This document shows positions 20,651 to 30,525 of a stretch of DNA of 64,000 bases, one piece after another; the first letter of the stretch is position 1; the number at the start of each line of letters is the position of its first letter. This DNA comes from Candidatus Multivoradales bacterium. Lineage in GTDB: Bacteria > Acidobacteriota > Thermoanaerobaculia > Multivoradales > Multivoraceae. The notes beneath the pieces were generated by a model. That model was not told the DNA's origin. It made no database searches and worked only from the letters and a program-made list of their open reading frames with translations. The stretch lies in contig CBDCWI010000001.1 of assembly GCA_965223325.1 (NCBI GenBank), positions 480,001-544,000 of the forward strand, in the 5' to 3' direction. Both the position numbers and the translations under genes were made by a program.

Positions 20651-21445
20651 TCATGGTGTGTCGCACGAAGTGATGGTCGTGACCCCAACGATCGAAGGCC
20701 GCGGATCACGAATCGAAACCGTCCGTCGGACAACATCGCACCCATGGGTGATACAGGACCGATGCTTGACCGTCACGGATCGGGGGTAGCTCGAGAACGT
20801 CGGCACCTCCCACGCCCCATCCTGTGTCGACGCATCCCAGACGCCGTCATCTTCGAAGTCCCACTTCCAGCCCGTCGGGTCGCCGCTCGAGCCGTCCGTC
20901 AGGGTGACCGTCGTCCCCCCATAGATTCTTCCAGGAACCTCGAAGTCCGCCCGCGGCGGTCTTCCTGCGAGCGCCGCGAGTACCAGAAGGTCGACGACCA
21001 CGATCAAGCTCGACTGGAAGTCACCGAGTTCGCCGCCCCTGATCGCCAGCCAACCAACCACCAGAAAGCCAACCGCTCCCGAGACCTGGTACCAGCGCGT
21101 GCGACTGACTGTGAAGCAGAGCGCGACCACCACGAGAGCACCAAGGACGCCAAGGAGATGGTCGCTCCGAACCGAAGGCTCGAGCAGCCAGGTATAGGGA
21201 ACCGAGACCACCAGCCCCCAGATGCCAATCGCCAGCAGGACCGCACTGACCAGCTCGGCTTGTAGGCGCTGGCGGGGATCGAGAATCTCTGGCGATGGCC
21301 GCACAAACCGTCGCAGAGTGCGTTGGAGCCCCCGCTGCAGAACGTGTGAGAACTGCCCCCGGTGTGGCTCTGAACGATGTTCGTCTTGTTGCCGGTGACT
21401 GTCTCGTTCCTGATCGGTCCCGGCCGAAACCACGGTTTTGGTCAT
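20651..21445 (-). pseudogene. Chimeric ORF: kinase N-terminal TM segment fused to a PKD-like domain
   Basis: N-terminal part matches the 2816-4561 kinase; after 20972 reads PPRADF..VTLTDGSSGDPTGWKWDFEDDG (PKD signature). Confidence 0.7.
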
Positions 21446-22141
21446 GAGGTGCCTGTGCCCATGCGGTGTTGACCACGCCGCCATCAGGCCTTCCCAGGGA
21501 ATGGGTCCTATGGCTCAGGTCTTTCCGATCCCGAAATGTCGGAAAAGAACGTTGGAGGGTTGAAGTTCGCTAGCTGCTAATGAGCAAGGGCCGTGCCAGG
21601 CTTCTTCAGGCCAAGGTGCTCTGTTCTGCGTCGTCGCGGTACATTCTTCGATCGGAACGCGTCAACCTGAACCCGCAAGCCGGTTCGAGTGACTTGCACT
21701 CAGCCCGGACGAATGGAGGCAACATGCAAAACACCATGCGCACTCTTCTGGCTCTCTTCATCGCCTCGATATGTGCCGCGCCCATGCTGGCGGCCAATCC
21801 AGAGTTCGAAGGGATCTGGACGATTGATCTCGAGCGAAGCGATGGAATGGGGCCAGAAGAGCTCAAAATCGACAACACCATGGAGCTCACCCTCGACGGC
21901 GAGAACGTCAACGTCAAGCGCACCTTCAAAGCCAACGGGCAAACCGGAGAGATCGACTGGGTGTTTGTCACCGACGGCAAAGCCCATCTCATCCCTGGCT
22001 TTCGAAACGAGCGCAACGCGCGCACGAAATGGAGGAAAAACAAGCTGACGGTTGGCTACACGATGTCGCGACAAACCCCGCGCGGTTCCTTTGATCTTGA
22101 CGTCACCGAGCAGTGGAAGATCAACAAGAAGGGCGAACTCG
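20972..22141 (+). repeat. Right copy of ~1.15 kb direct repeat
   Basis: Matches 4109-5258; kinase part diverged with indels, secreted-protein part nearly identical. Confidence 0.95.
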
Positions 22142-22212
22142 AGATCGTCTACTCCACGCGCGTCGGCGAACGCAACATGATCCGCACCGAGATCTACACC
22201 CGCGCTCGATAG
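21724..22212 (+). CDS. Secreted hypothetical protein, lipocalin-like beta-barrel
   Basis: GGAGG RBS, signal peptide, FEGIWTIDLERS motif, ends IYTRAR. Confidence 0.75.
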   Translation: MQNTMRTLLALFIASICAAPMLAANPEFEGIWTIDLERSDGMGPEELKIDNTMELTLDGENVNVKRTFKANGQTGEIDWVFVTDGKAHLIPGFRNERNARTKWRKNKLTVGYTMSRQTPRGSFDLDVTEQWKINKKGELEIVYSTRVGERNMIRTEIYTRAR

Positions 22213-22238
22213 AGCTGCGCCTGCCAGCGCACGGAGAG

Positions 22239-23528
22239 TCAGGCGGCCGGCAGACCGCGTTCGAGCACGCCCTCCATCGCTTCTCGAAAGCGATCCACTT
22301 CATCGATCGTCGAGTAGACGCTCGGGCTCACCCGCAGACCCTCGAACTCGTCGTGCTTGATCGCCACCACGAAGATGCGGTGTTCCTCCCACAGATAGTC
22401 CGCCAGCGCACGGCTTTCGATGCCCTCGATCTGCACGTTGCCAATGCCGCACGCGAAGCCCGGTTTTTGACTGGTGTGTAGGCGCACCCGGTGGTGCTCG
22501 CGCAGCCGGTTCGCCCACCGGTCGCGGAGATAGACCAGCCGAGCCGCCTTGCGCTCCGCGCCGATTCCCTCATGGAAGGTGAGCGCCTCGGCAATCGCCA
22601 GGAAGTTCGGGCACGGATGGGTGCCGATCTCTTCGAACTTCCGAATGTCGTCGCCTTGCGACTCTTGTGCCGCCATCAGTGGCCACAGGTCTCTGATGTG
22701 CTCGCGCCGCACATAGAGCATGCCGGTTCCGAACGGAGCGAACAGCCACTTGTGGAGGCTCGAGGCGTAGTAGTCGCAGTCGAGGTCGCGATGGTCGAAC
22801 GGGAAATGGGCGAAGGCGTGGGCACCGTCGACGATCACGGGGATACCCCTCTTGCGCGCCATGTGCACGACTTCTTTGACCGGCAGGATCTGGCCCGTGA
22901 GGTTGATCATGTGACACATCAGAATCACCCGCGTTCGCGGGCTGATCTCGGCTTCGAACCGTCTTACGACCTCGGCCGGGTCTTCGGCTGGAATCGGAAT
23001 CTCGAACTGTTTGAGGACAATGCGATCGCGGCGCTCTCGCTGCTTGAAGGTCGTCACCATGCGGCCGTAGTCCTGGGTCGTGGTCAGGACTTCATCGCCA
23101 GGCTCGAGGTCGATGCCCAACTGACAGATCTGCAGGCTCTCCGAGGCGTTGCGGGTGATCGCCATCTCTTCCGCGTCGCACCCGAAGGCCTTGGCAAGCC
23201 GCTGGCGCACGGTTTCCTTGCCCGGCTCGAGCACCTTCCACATCGTGCGCGCCGGTGCCTCGTTGGCGTAGGCCAGGTACCGTGAGAGTGCCTCCTGCAC
23301 GACGCGGGGTGAAGGACTCACCCCGCCGTTGTTGAAGTTGACCATCGAGCGATCGACAGTGAAGGCCTGTTGCACTTCCGACCACAGGGCTTCGTTGCGC
23401 GCGGAAACCTCGGGCGCTTCCGTCTCGCGGCTGAGGTTTCGGCCAATCGCCGCGGCACGCCCCGGCTTCAGATAGGAAGCCAGAGCCGCCGCGGGGGCGA
23501 ACGAGAGCAGAGTTCGGCGGTTCAGCAT
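22239..23528 (-). CDS. Class V PLP-dependent aminotransferase (isopenicillin N epimerase/cysteine desulfurase-like) with Tat-like signal
   Basis: NRRTLL leader; FNNGGVSPSP, RNASE, VDGAH, SLHKWL. Confidence 0.88.
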   Translation of the reverse strand: MLNRRTLLSFAPAAALASYLKPGRAAAIGRNLSRETEAPEVSARNEALWSEVQQAFTVDRSMVNFNNGGVSPSPRVVQEALSRYLAYANEAPARTMWKVLEPGKETVRQRLAKAFGCDAEEMAITRNASESLQICQLGIDLEPGDEVLTTTQDYGRMVTTFKQRERRDRIVLKQFEIPIPAEDPAEVVRRFEAEISPRTRVILMCHMINLTGQILPVKEVVHMARKRGIPVIVDGAHAFAHFPFDHRDLDCDYYASSLHKWLFAPFGTGMLYVRREHIRDLWPLMAAQESQGDDIRKFEEIGTHPCPNFLAIAEALTFHEGIGAERKAARLVYLRDRWANRLREHHRVRLHTSQKPGFACGIGNVQIEGIESRALADYLWEEHRIFVVAIKHDEFEGLRVSPSVYSTIDEVDRFREAMEGVLERGLPAA

Positions 23529-23607
23529 GCAGCCACGATACAACCCTGGGACGAATTGACAGAATGACGACGCCCGCCGCCCAACGCCAACAGAGGAGAC
23601 TCACCCT

Positions 23608-24192
23608 ATGCCCACCTTCTTCGAGGCAGCCGAAGACTGGAGGAAGTGGCTCGAGAAAAACCACACCAAGAGCGACGAGCTGTGGGTCGGGTACTGGAAG
23701 AAACACACCGGTAAACCGAGCCTGACCTGGCCCGAGTCCGTTGACGAGGCGCTGTGCTTCGGTTGGATCGACGGCCTGCGGCGCCGCATTGATGAGGAGA
23801 CCTACCAGATTCGGTTTACCCCGCGCCGCCCCAGGAGCATCTGGAGTGCGGTCAATATCGAGCGCTTCGACGCCCTCCTCGAGGCCGGCCGCATGACCGA
23901 GAGCGGGCGCGCAGCCTTCGACAAGAAGACCAGGGAGCGCTCGAAGGTCTACGCCTACGAGCGTCAGAATGCCAGGCTCTCGGACGAGTTCGAGAAGAGG
24001 CTTCAGAACGAACCCAGGGCCGCCCGCTTCTGGTCGTCGCTCCCCGCCTACTACAAGAAGGTCACAAGCCACTGGGTGATGAGCGCCAAACGCGAGTCCA
24101 CCCGCGAACGCCGCCTCGAAGCGCTGATCTCTACCTGCGCCGCCGAGGAACGGCTGCCCCAGTTCGAATCGAAGAAGACCCGCGGGAAGTAG
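23608..24192 (+). CDS. YdeI/OmpD-associated family protein
   Basis: WRKWLEKNH, EALCFGWIDG, FTPRRPRSIWS, SAKRESTRERRL. Confidence 0.9.
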   Translation: MPTFFEAAEDWRKWLEKNHTKSDELWVGYWKKHTGKPSLTWPESVDEALCFGWIDGLRRRIDEETYQIRFTPRRPRSIWSAVNIERFDALLEAGRMTESGRAAFDKKTRERSKVYAYERQNARLSDEFEKRLQNEPRAARFWSSLPAYYKKVTSHWVMSAKRESTRERRLEALISTCAAEERLPQFESKKTRGK

Positions 24193-24245
24193 AGGCCCGT
24201 CCGATGCCGGCGGGGATGGGAACGAAGGTCACGAATCTCTAGATA

Positions 24246-24274
24246 TTGAAGATATTGTCGTATTTCTATACAAT
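24246..24274 (+). promoter_or_regulatory. Sigma70-type promoter TTGAAG-N17-TACAAT with AGATATTG direct repeat
   Basis: Near-consensus hexamers with 17-bp spacer in an AT-rich patch ~110 bp upstream of ATG 24382. Confidence 0.6.
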
Positions 24275-24381
24275 GAGGGTTGTCTGTTCGCCTGGGCCCG
24301 CGTGGGCCCGCGGCGGCGCTGTCTATCGCTGGCTCATCGCGAGCCAGGCGGCGCCTTCTTCAACTCCAAGGTCTCTTGACG

Positions 24382-26037
24382 ATGGCGGTTCGATCCTCTT
24401 CACCGGCGGTCTGCACCCTCGCTGCAGCTCTCGCGCTCGCCCTCTCCCCAGTCGCTACCGCGCAGCAACCTGACGCGACCACCGGATCGTTCGCCACCCC
24501 CGCTGCCAGCGCGCGCGCCGACTCGCTCACTACAGTGCACCGCGAACCGGTGATGGTGCGCGAGATCAACCCGCGCCACAACCCACTCGCCTCCGAGGCA
24601 GGCCGCGGTGAGGCGACCTGGGATCGTACCGACACGCCAGTCGATCCGCTGGTTGGCGCGTCGAGCAACCGCTCGCGCACCGCCGTGCCGCTCAATAGTT
24701 GGGAATCGACCGACGCTACGACGGGCTGCGGCGGATGCTCACCTCCCGACATGGCAGGCGACGTCGGTCCGAACCATTACGTCCACATGGTCAACGCCAC
24801 CAAGGTCGCAGTCTTCAGTAAAGACGGTTCGGAAACTCTGGCCGGCCCCTTCAGCTTCGGTGACCTCTGGGACTCGGGGCCCTGCTCGAGCAACGCCGGC
24901 GACCCGATCGTGGTCTACGACGAGCTCGCCGACCGCTTCGTGCTCTCCCAGTTCGCCCAACCGACTCACATGTGTTTTGCGGTCTCCCAGACCCCCGACC
25001 CAACCGGCGCGTACCACGTCTACACATTCGACGTTGGCGCGTTCCCCGACTACTTCAAGCTCGGCGTGTGGCCGGACGCGTACTACATGTCGGCCAACGA
25101 GGCGACCTACACTGCCTACGCCTTCGATCGCGACAAGATGTTGGCCGGCGAAACTGCATCGTTCGTGAAGTTCACCAGCCTGCCGAACCTGGCGCTGCCG
25201 GCAGACATCGACGGTTCCGAGGGCCCCGCAGAGGGCACGCCGGGGCTGTTCTACACCTTTCTCGACGAGACCTTCCACACCGTCAGTAACGACATGCTGC
25301 GTCTCTACGAAATGGTTCCCGACTTCGCCACGCCTGAAAACTCGACCTTCGACATGCTCCAGGAGATCGAGCTCAGCAACTTCAGCTATACCGTTTGCGG
25401 CTTCTTCAACTTCAACTGCCTCAAACAGCTCGAAACGACGCAGACTTTCGACACCATCTCGGAGTGGCCACTGCAGCGCTTTCCCTACCGCAACTTCGGC
25501 GATCACGAGTCGCTACTGGGCGTCTTCGGGATCGGCGGCGGCCTCGGTGAGAAGGGCGCGGCTCTGCGCTGGTTCGAGCTGCGCAACAGCGGCGAAGGCT
25601 GGGAGCTCCACCAGGAAGGCACTCACGACCCGGGCGACGGGCATGACCGCGCCGTCGGCTCGATCGCCATGGACCAACAGGGCAACATCGCCCTCGGCTA
25701 CACGACCACCAGCAGCACCATCCATCCGCGCATCGACTACGTGTCGCGCAAGGCGGACGACCCCTACGGCACGATGGGTAGCGAACTGACCCTGGTCGCC
25801 GGCGCCAACTCGAACACCCACACCGCGCGCTGGGGCGACTACTCCGCGTTGTCGATCGATCCAGCCGACGGCTGCACGTTCTTCTTCACGAGTCTCTACT
25901 ACGACGACTCACCGACCAGCTGGCAGACGCGCATTGGCTCGTTCAAGGTCGACGGTTGCGAGCCTCCCGTTCCCGCGCTCTTCGAAGACGACTTCGAGTC
26001 CGAGGACACTCTTCTCTGGACAACGTCCAAGCCCTGA
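24382..26037 (+). CDS. Secreted putative beta-propeller protein with C-terminal FEDDFE tail
   Basis: Signal peptide; PPD..GDVGPNHYV, GDPIVVYD, RWGDYS, DPADGCTF; ends LFEDDFESEDTLLW; paralog of 57405-59021. Confidence 0.75.
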   Translation: MAVRSSSPAVCTLAAALALALSPVATAQQPDATTGSFATPAASARADSLTTVHREPVMVREINPRHNPLASEAGRGEATWDRTDTPVDPLVGASSNRSRTAVPLNSWESTDATTGCGGCSPPDMAGDVGPNHYVHMVNATKVAVFSKDGSETLAGPFSFGDLWDSGPCSSNAGDPIVVYDELADRFVLSQFAQPTHMCFAVSQTPDPTGAYHVYTFDVGAFPDYFKLGVWPDAYYMSANEATYTAYAFDRDKMLAGETASFVKFTSLPNLALPADIDGSEGPAEGTPGLFYTFLDETFHTVSNDMLRLYEMVPDFATPENSTFDMLQEIELSNFSYTVCGFFNFNCLKQLETTQTFDTISEWPLQRFPYRNFGDHESLLGVFGIGGGLGEKGAALRWFELRNSGEGWELHQEGTHDPGDGHDRAVGSIAMDQQGNIALGYTTTSSTIHPRIDYVSRKADDPYGTMGSELTLVAGANSNTHTARWGDYSALSIDPADGCTFFFTSLYYDDSPTSWQTRIGSFKVDGCEPPVPALFEDDFESEDTLLWTTSKP

Positions 26038-26055
26038 CCAGAGGGCCAAAGCCCT

Positions 26056-28896
26056 CTAAGGCAGAAGCGATTGCGCCCCAGCGCGCAGCCGGGGATCGCT
26101 GGACTCTTTCACCTTGACGAGCGTTGCCGAATCGAGCTCGAGGGCCACAACGAGCTCCCGCAAGAGAGCCACTACGTCGAGGTCCGCGAGGCGCAAGAGC
26201 CGTCGCAGCTCACCGTCGGGGAGAATGTCGTCTCGACGCTTGACCCGCGTCGAGCGCTCACCGCGCAGCTTCACACGGACAAGGCGTCGCCCGGACCCAT
26301 CGCGCAGATGCACCTCGAGCCGCTCTTCGTCGACCATGAGCCCTGGAGCGGGGCGCTCGTAGGAGGCCGCGGGATCGACGTACTTGAAGGTCTTCAGCCA
26401 GGAGTGAGCGTCAACAGCAACGGCGGCCAGCGGTGTTTCGGCGAGCCCCGAATCAGCCAGCGCGTGGCGTAGCGCGAGGAGGCGGGGGTCCAGCGCACCG
26501 CCGGCGACCTGACGGGCACGTTCGTCCGACCACCCACCTGCTCGGTGGAGACTCTCTCGCTCTGTCGGGCTCCCGTAGCGTTCAACCGCGCGCCCTGCGC
26601 GCCAGGCCACCAGCGGGTCGGTGTCGGTGCGTGCGATCACAAGCAGGAGCTCGGCGTCCGACAGTGCCCGCACGGCCTCCTCCCGAATGACCGGGTCTGA
26701 GTCAGAACGGGCGAGTTCGCGGAACAGGTCCCGGTCCGGGCTGAGGTCGACCAGGCGCCGAAGTGCTGTTCGGCGAACGCTCTGGTCTGGATCCTTCTGC
26801 GCCCAGCGCGACAGGGTCTCGGTCGATGACAGCCGCGCGACCAGGGCGCGGCGAACGCGCCTTCCGGAGTCGCCCTCAGAAAGCTCAGCCTCGGCTCGCT
26901 CGGCTAGTTCCGCCAGCACCCGAGGAGCAGACACCTGTTCGATCGCCGCAGCGCGGACCTGATCAGAAGATGCCTGGCGGGCGAGGTCTTCGATGATTCG
27001 AGGCGAGCGCACCCTCGCCACCAGGGCCGCCCGCACCTCGGCGGAGTCGTCGCCTTCGATCCACGCCAACAGCCATTCGGGGTCAGACTCGCCGCTCGGC
27101 GCGCGCGGCAACCGTTTGGCCGCCGCAACGCGCTCGGCAACCGGTCGACTCGAGGTCACCAGAGCACGCAGGCGACCAGCGTCAGCCGGGAGCTGCGCTC
27201 CCACCGAGGCCTCGGTACTTTCTTCGGCATGCTTCGTTTCTCCCAGCGCGACGAGCCGCGCGTGCACCGCCGCACGCAGCTCGGGCAGTTCGAGGCCGCT
27301 CTTGGCGAGACTGGACAGCCGTTCGGTGTCGCTGAGCAAGTGAACCGCCTGCAGCCGGTGTGCAATCCAGAATGGACCGCGAACGAAGTCGAAGAGCAGG
27401 TCGGGATCTTCGAGACCCGCCAGGGCCGCTTCGATGACCTCATCGTCGTGACGGAGGTCATCATCAGAGATGCGCGCGATCTGAGCCAACACAGGCTGGG
27501 CTTTGATTCGACGCGTGGCCGCCAGTCGCACGTCGCGGTCCGGGTCCTCGGTCGCCAGGCGGGCAAGCACCGTCGGCGACGTGATGCGGGTGGCCGCCAG
27601 CATGCGAAGGTGCCAATAGTGCTCAGGGAGAGCAAGCGCCTCGAGTACGGCCTCTGACGTGATGGCCGAAACGGCTTCGGTGCGCACTCCGAGATCACCG
27701 GTTCTTCGTGCGACATGCGCCCGGTCGGTGTCGTCTCGAAGCGCGCGCACGGCGACGCGACGGGCGGCGGCGTCGGGGTCTCCAAGCGCCGCCGCTAGGA
27801 GCACCTCCCGGTCCTTGACGCGAGCGAGTGCCGCACGGCGCACGCTGGCCGCCGGGTCGCGGCGAGCGAGCTGCGCCACGAGGTCGAGGTCTACGAGATG
27901 CGGCACGATCAAGGCCCGCAGGCGCTCGTCGTGGCTCTCCGCTACAACTTCTAGAAGGCGATCGTTGGCCTCCGGCAGGGCGCGCAGAGCGACGACCCGC
28001 ACCGCAGGATCGCTGTCGCTCTCGCTGATGTCCTCGAGTGCCTGGTCAATCGCTCTCGACGGAGTCGGGGCGGTTTCACGCAGCCGCGTCACCGCCCGCT
28101 CGCGCACGGCCGCTCTTTCGTCGTGCAGCGCGGTTTCTAGGATCAGGCCGGGGTCGCGAAGGTGACCCAGCATCCAGCGTCGCACCTCGGAATCCGGATC
28201 GCTCCGCACGACCGTTCGAACGAGTGCTTCGTTCAAAAGCCCGAGATCTAGGAGGCGTTCGAGTGCTGCACGGCGCACCCTAGCGTCACCCTCCCTGCCA
28301 TAGATCGTCGCCAGCGTGTCGGCAGTCGCAAGTCGCCCGATGATCGCTCCTTTTACCTCCGGATCGGTCTCCCGACCAAAAAGACGCATCAGGTCCGACT
28401 CTCTATCCATGAGTCCAGCCGCCGCCAGCCTCACCGCCGCCGCGCGCTCGACCAGCGCCCGCTCGAGAGCGATGTCGGGGTCCGCGAGGCGCTCGAGTGC
28501 TGCGATCCGAACACCGGAGTCTTCATCCTCTTCGAGAAGACGAAGGAGAGCCCGGCGCTCGCGGGCCTTGGCGGGATTGAGCTGGGTAGCCGCGACGCGA
28601 CGTATCTTCCAGTCGCGCGATCGCGCCAGCACCTCCGGCCGCTCTTCTCTAGCGCCTGCGGCCGGAGAGCTGGTCGCACTGTCCTGAGCCACCAACGGGC
28701 CTCCGCCGATGCCGCCACTCGCCAGGAGCAGCGCGACCAAAAGGGCGGTCGCAGGCACCTGGCAGAAAGCGGACAGCGTTGGCAAGGGAAGGGCCTCGCG
28801 AGGAAGTGTCTTAAGCGAGTGTCGCAAGGGGGCGGCGGGAAGAGTGGCCGTCAGGACGACGGGATCGGCGAGTCGATGCTCAGGAAAGCGCGCCAA
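26056..28896 (-). CDS. HEAT/LRV-like repeat protein, probably exported
   Basis: Many ~25-aa DxDxxVRxAAxxxL repeats; hydrophobic leader; true start probably downstream of 28896. Confidence 0.75.
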   Translation of the reverse strand: MARFPEHRLADPVVLTATLPAAPLRHSLKTLPREALPLPTLSAFCQVPATALLVALLLASGGIGGGPLVAQDSATSSPAAGAREERPEVLARSRDWKIRRVAATQLNPAKARERRALLRLLEEDEDSGVRIAALERLADPDIALERALVERAAAVRLAAAGLMDRESDLMRLFGRETDPEVKGAIIGRLATADTLATIYGREGDARVRRAALERLLDLGLLNEALVRTVVRSDPDSEVRRWMLGHLRDPGLILETALHDERAAVRERAVTRLRETAPTPSRAIDQALEDISESDSDPAVRVVALRALPEANDRLLEVVAESHDERLRALIVPHLVDLDLVAQLARRDPAASVRRAALARVKDREVLLAAALGDPDAAARRVAVRALRDDTDRAHVARRTGDLGVRTEAVSAITSEAVLEALALPEHYWHLRMLAATRITSPTVLARLATEDPDRDVRLAATRRIKAQPVLAQIARISDDDLRHDDEVIEAALAGLEDPDLLFDFVRGPFWIAHRLQAVHLLSDTERLSSLAKSGLELPELRAAVHARLVALGETKHAEESTEASVGAQLPADAGRLRALVTSSRPVAERVAAAKRLPRAPSGESDPEWLLAWIEGDDSAEVRAALVARVRSPRIIEDLARQASSDQVRAAAIEQVSAPRVLAELAERAEAELSEGDSGRRVRRALVARLSSTETLSRWAQKDPDQSVRRTALRRLVDLSPDRDLFRELARSDSDPVIREEAVRALSDAELLLVIARTDTDPLVAWRAGRAVERYGSPTERESLHRAGGWSDERARQVAGGALDPRLLALRHALADSGLAETPLAAVAVDAHSWLKTFKYVDPAASYERPAPGLMVDEERLEVHLRDGSGRRLVRVKLRGERSTRVKRRDDILPDGELRRLLRLADLDVVALLRELVVALELDSATLVKVKESSDPRLRAGAQSLLP

Positions 28897-29045
28897 CGAA
28901 GAGGAGGGACTGAACCAGCAAGAAGCCGATCCGGGAGCCCGACTCTTCCTGAACCGTCCGCTGAACGCAAGAAGCCCGCAGCGCAGAACTCTGCACTGCG
29001 GGCATCAGCCAGATGAGGTAACGAGCTCGAGGCCCGCAAAAGCCC

Positions 29046-30377
29046 CTACTCGACGGGGTCGAGAATCGCTTCGTAGGCGAGCTTCTTGCTCATCAGTCGA
29101 GCCTTGTTGGCCCCGGCGCCGCCGCGGTTCTGAATCATCCCCAGAACCACCAGGTCCTGCGTTGGGTTGACACCGAACCAGGTGCCGCCAATCCCGAACC
29201 ACCAGAACTCGCTCTTGGCCAGCGGGCTCTCGGTCTTCGGGTTCGGCTTGTTGACGATTGCGAAGTCGAGTCCGAACTGGTGGCCAGGAAAGAACATCGT
29301 GCCGGGAATCGAGTCGGGCAGATGGTTGGTCGCCATCAGAGCGACGGTCTCGGGCTCGAGGATGCGCGCGCCACCGAACTCACCACCATTGGCGAGCATT
29401 TGCGCGAACTTGATGTAGTCAACAGCCGTTGAGACCAGACCGCCACCACCGGAGAGCAGGTTCGGCTTGGTCATGTACTCGTCTTCAGGCTGCGGCTCGA
29501 GCACCCCGTCGGAGTTGGGAACGTAGAGGCGCGCAAAACGATCGCGTTTCGATTCTTCGACCCAGAACGCCGTGTCTTTCATTCCCAGGGGCTTGAAGAT
29601 GCGCTCTTCGAGGACTTGGTCGAACGGCTTGCCAGCCAGGACCTCGACCAGGCGCCCCTGGACGTCAACCGACACGCTGTACTGCCAGCGCGTCCCAGGC
29701 TGCGACATGAGGGGAATGTCGGCCAGCTTGGTGACCATCTCCGCGAGCGTCGAATCGCGATCGAGAATCCCGCGTTTGACGTAGAGCTGGTCGACCTGGG
29801 TGCGCGAGAACAGCCCGTAGGTCAAGCCGCCGGTGTGACTCATGAGCTCGCGGATGGTCATGGGATGGACAGGGTCTTCGACCACCGGCATGCCATCCGG
29901 TCCGTCTTCCTTGGCCACCTTGAGTTTGGCGAACTCAGGCAGGTACTTCTCGACCGGATCATCGAGTTTGAACTTGCCCTCTTCCCACAGAGTCATGAGC
30001 GCAACGCCGGCGACTGGCTTGGTCATCGAGTAGATGCGCACGATGGTGTCTTCGTCGATCGGCTCGCCGGTCGCCAGATCGCGCTTTCCGTGTGCCTGGT
30101 TGTAGACCATCTTGCCGTGCCTGGTGATCATCATCACCACACCGGCGAGTTCACCGCTGTCGACGAGGGCCTTCATCGCCGCGTCGACCTTGGCGATGCC
30201 TTCCGAGCTCATGCCGACGGATTCGGGCTTGACCAACTCGAGGTCACGCGTTGCATTCTCACTGTCAGCGGCAGCCGCTGCCTGCGCGCTGAGCGCGGCC
30301 GGTGCGAGCGCGCTGGCGACGAAGAGCGCAATGAGTACGAGAGCAAGGGGGAACAGGTTCCTGGTGCGATGCTTCAT
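29046..30377 (-). CDS. Serine hydrolase, beta-lactamase class C-like, secreted
   Basis: RIYSMTK (SxxK), LMSHTGG, WQYS, SGGGGLVST; signal peptide. Confidence 0.9.
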   Translation of the reverse strand: MKHRTRNLFPLALVLIALFVASALAPAALSAQAAAAADSENATRDLELVKPESVGMSSEGIAKVDAAMKALVDSGELAGVVMMITRHGKMVYNQAHGKRDLATGEPIDEDTIVRIYSMTKPVAGVALMTLWEEGKFKLDDPVEKYLPEFAKLKVAKEDGPDGMPVVEDPVHPMTIRELMSHTGGLTYGLFSRTQVDQLYVKRGILDRDSTLAEMVTKLADIPLMSQPGTRWQYSVSVDVQGRLVEVLAGKPFDQVLEERIFKPLGMKDTAFWVEESKRDRFARLYVPNSDGVLEPQPEDEYMTKPNLLSGGGGLVSTAVDYIKFAQMLANGGEFGGARILEPETVALMATNHLPDSIPGTMFFPGHQFGLDFAIVNKPNPKTESPLAKSEFWWFGIGGTWFGVNPTQDLVVLGMIQNRGGAGANKARLMSKKLAYEAILDPVE

Positions 30378-30525
30378 TTCTTCTCCTCCCCTTTTCGTCT
30401 TCACGCTCAAGGGGCAGTGGGAGTTTTAGCTGGTGGCGCGATGTGGCAACGCTATCGCACTTGGCCAACCGGTCAGTTCACACCGTCTAGCGGCCCGGAC
30501 CGCGCGGCCGCTAGGCTCAACCGGC

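Noticed and set aside
30378-30525. 6S RNA upstream of the 5-formyl-THF cyclo-ligase gene
   Set aside because: Gap is ~150 bp, shared with a divergent gene start, and shows no recognisable 6S structure
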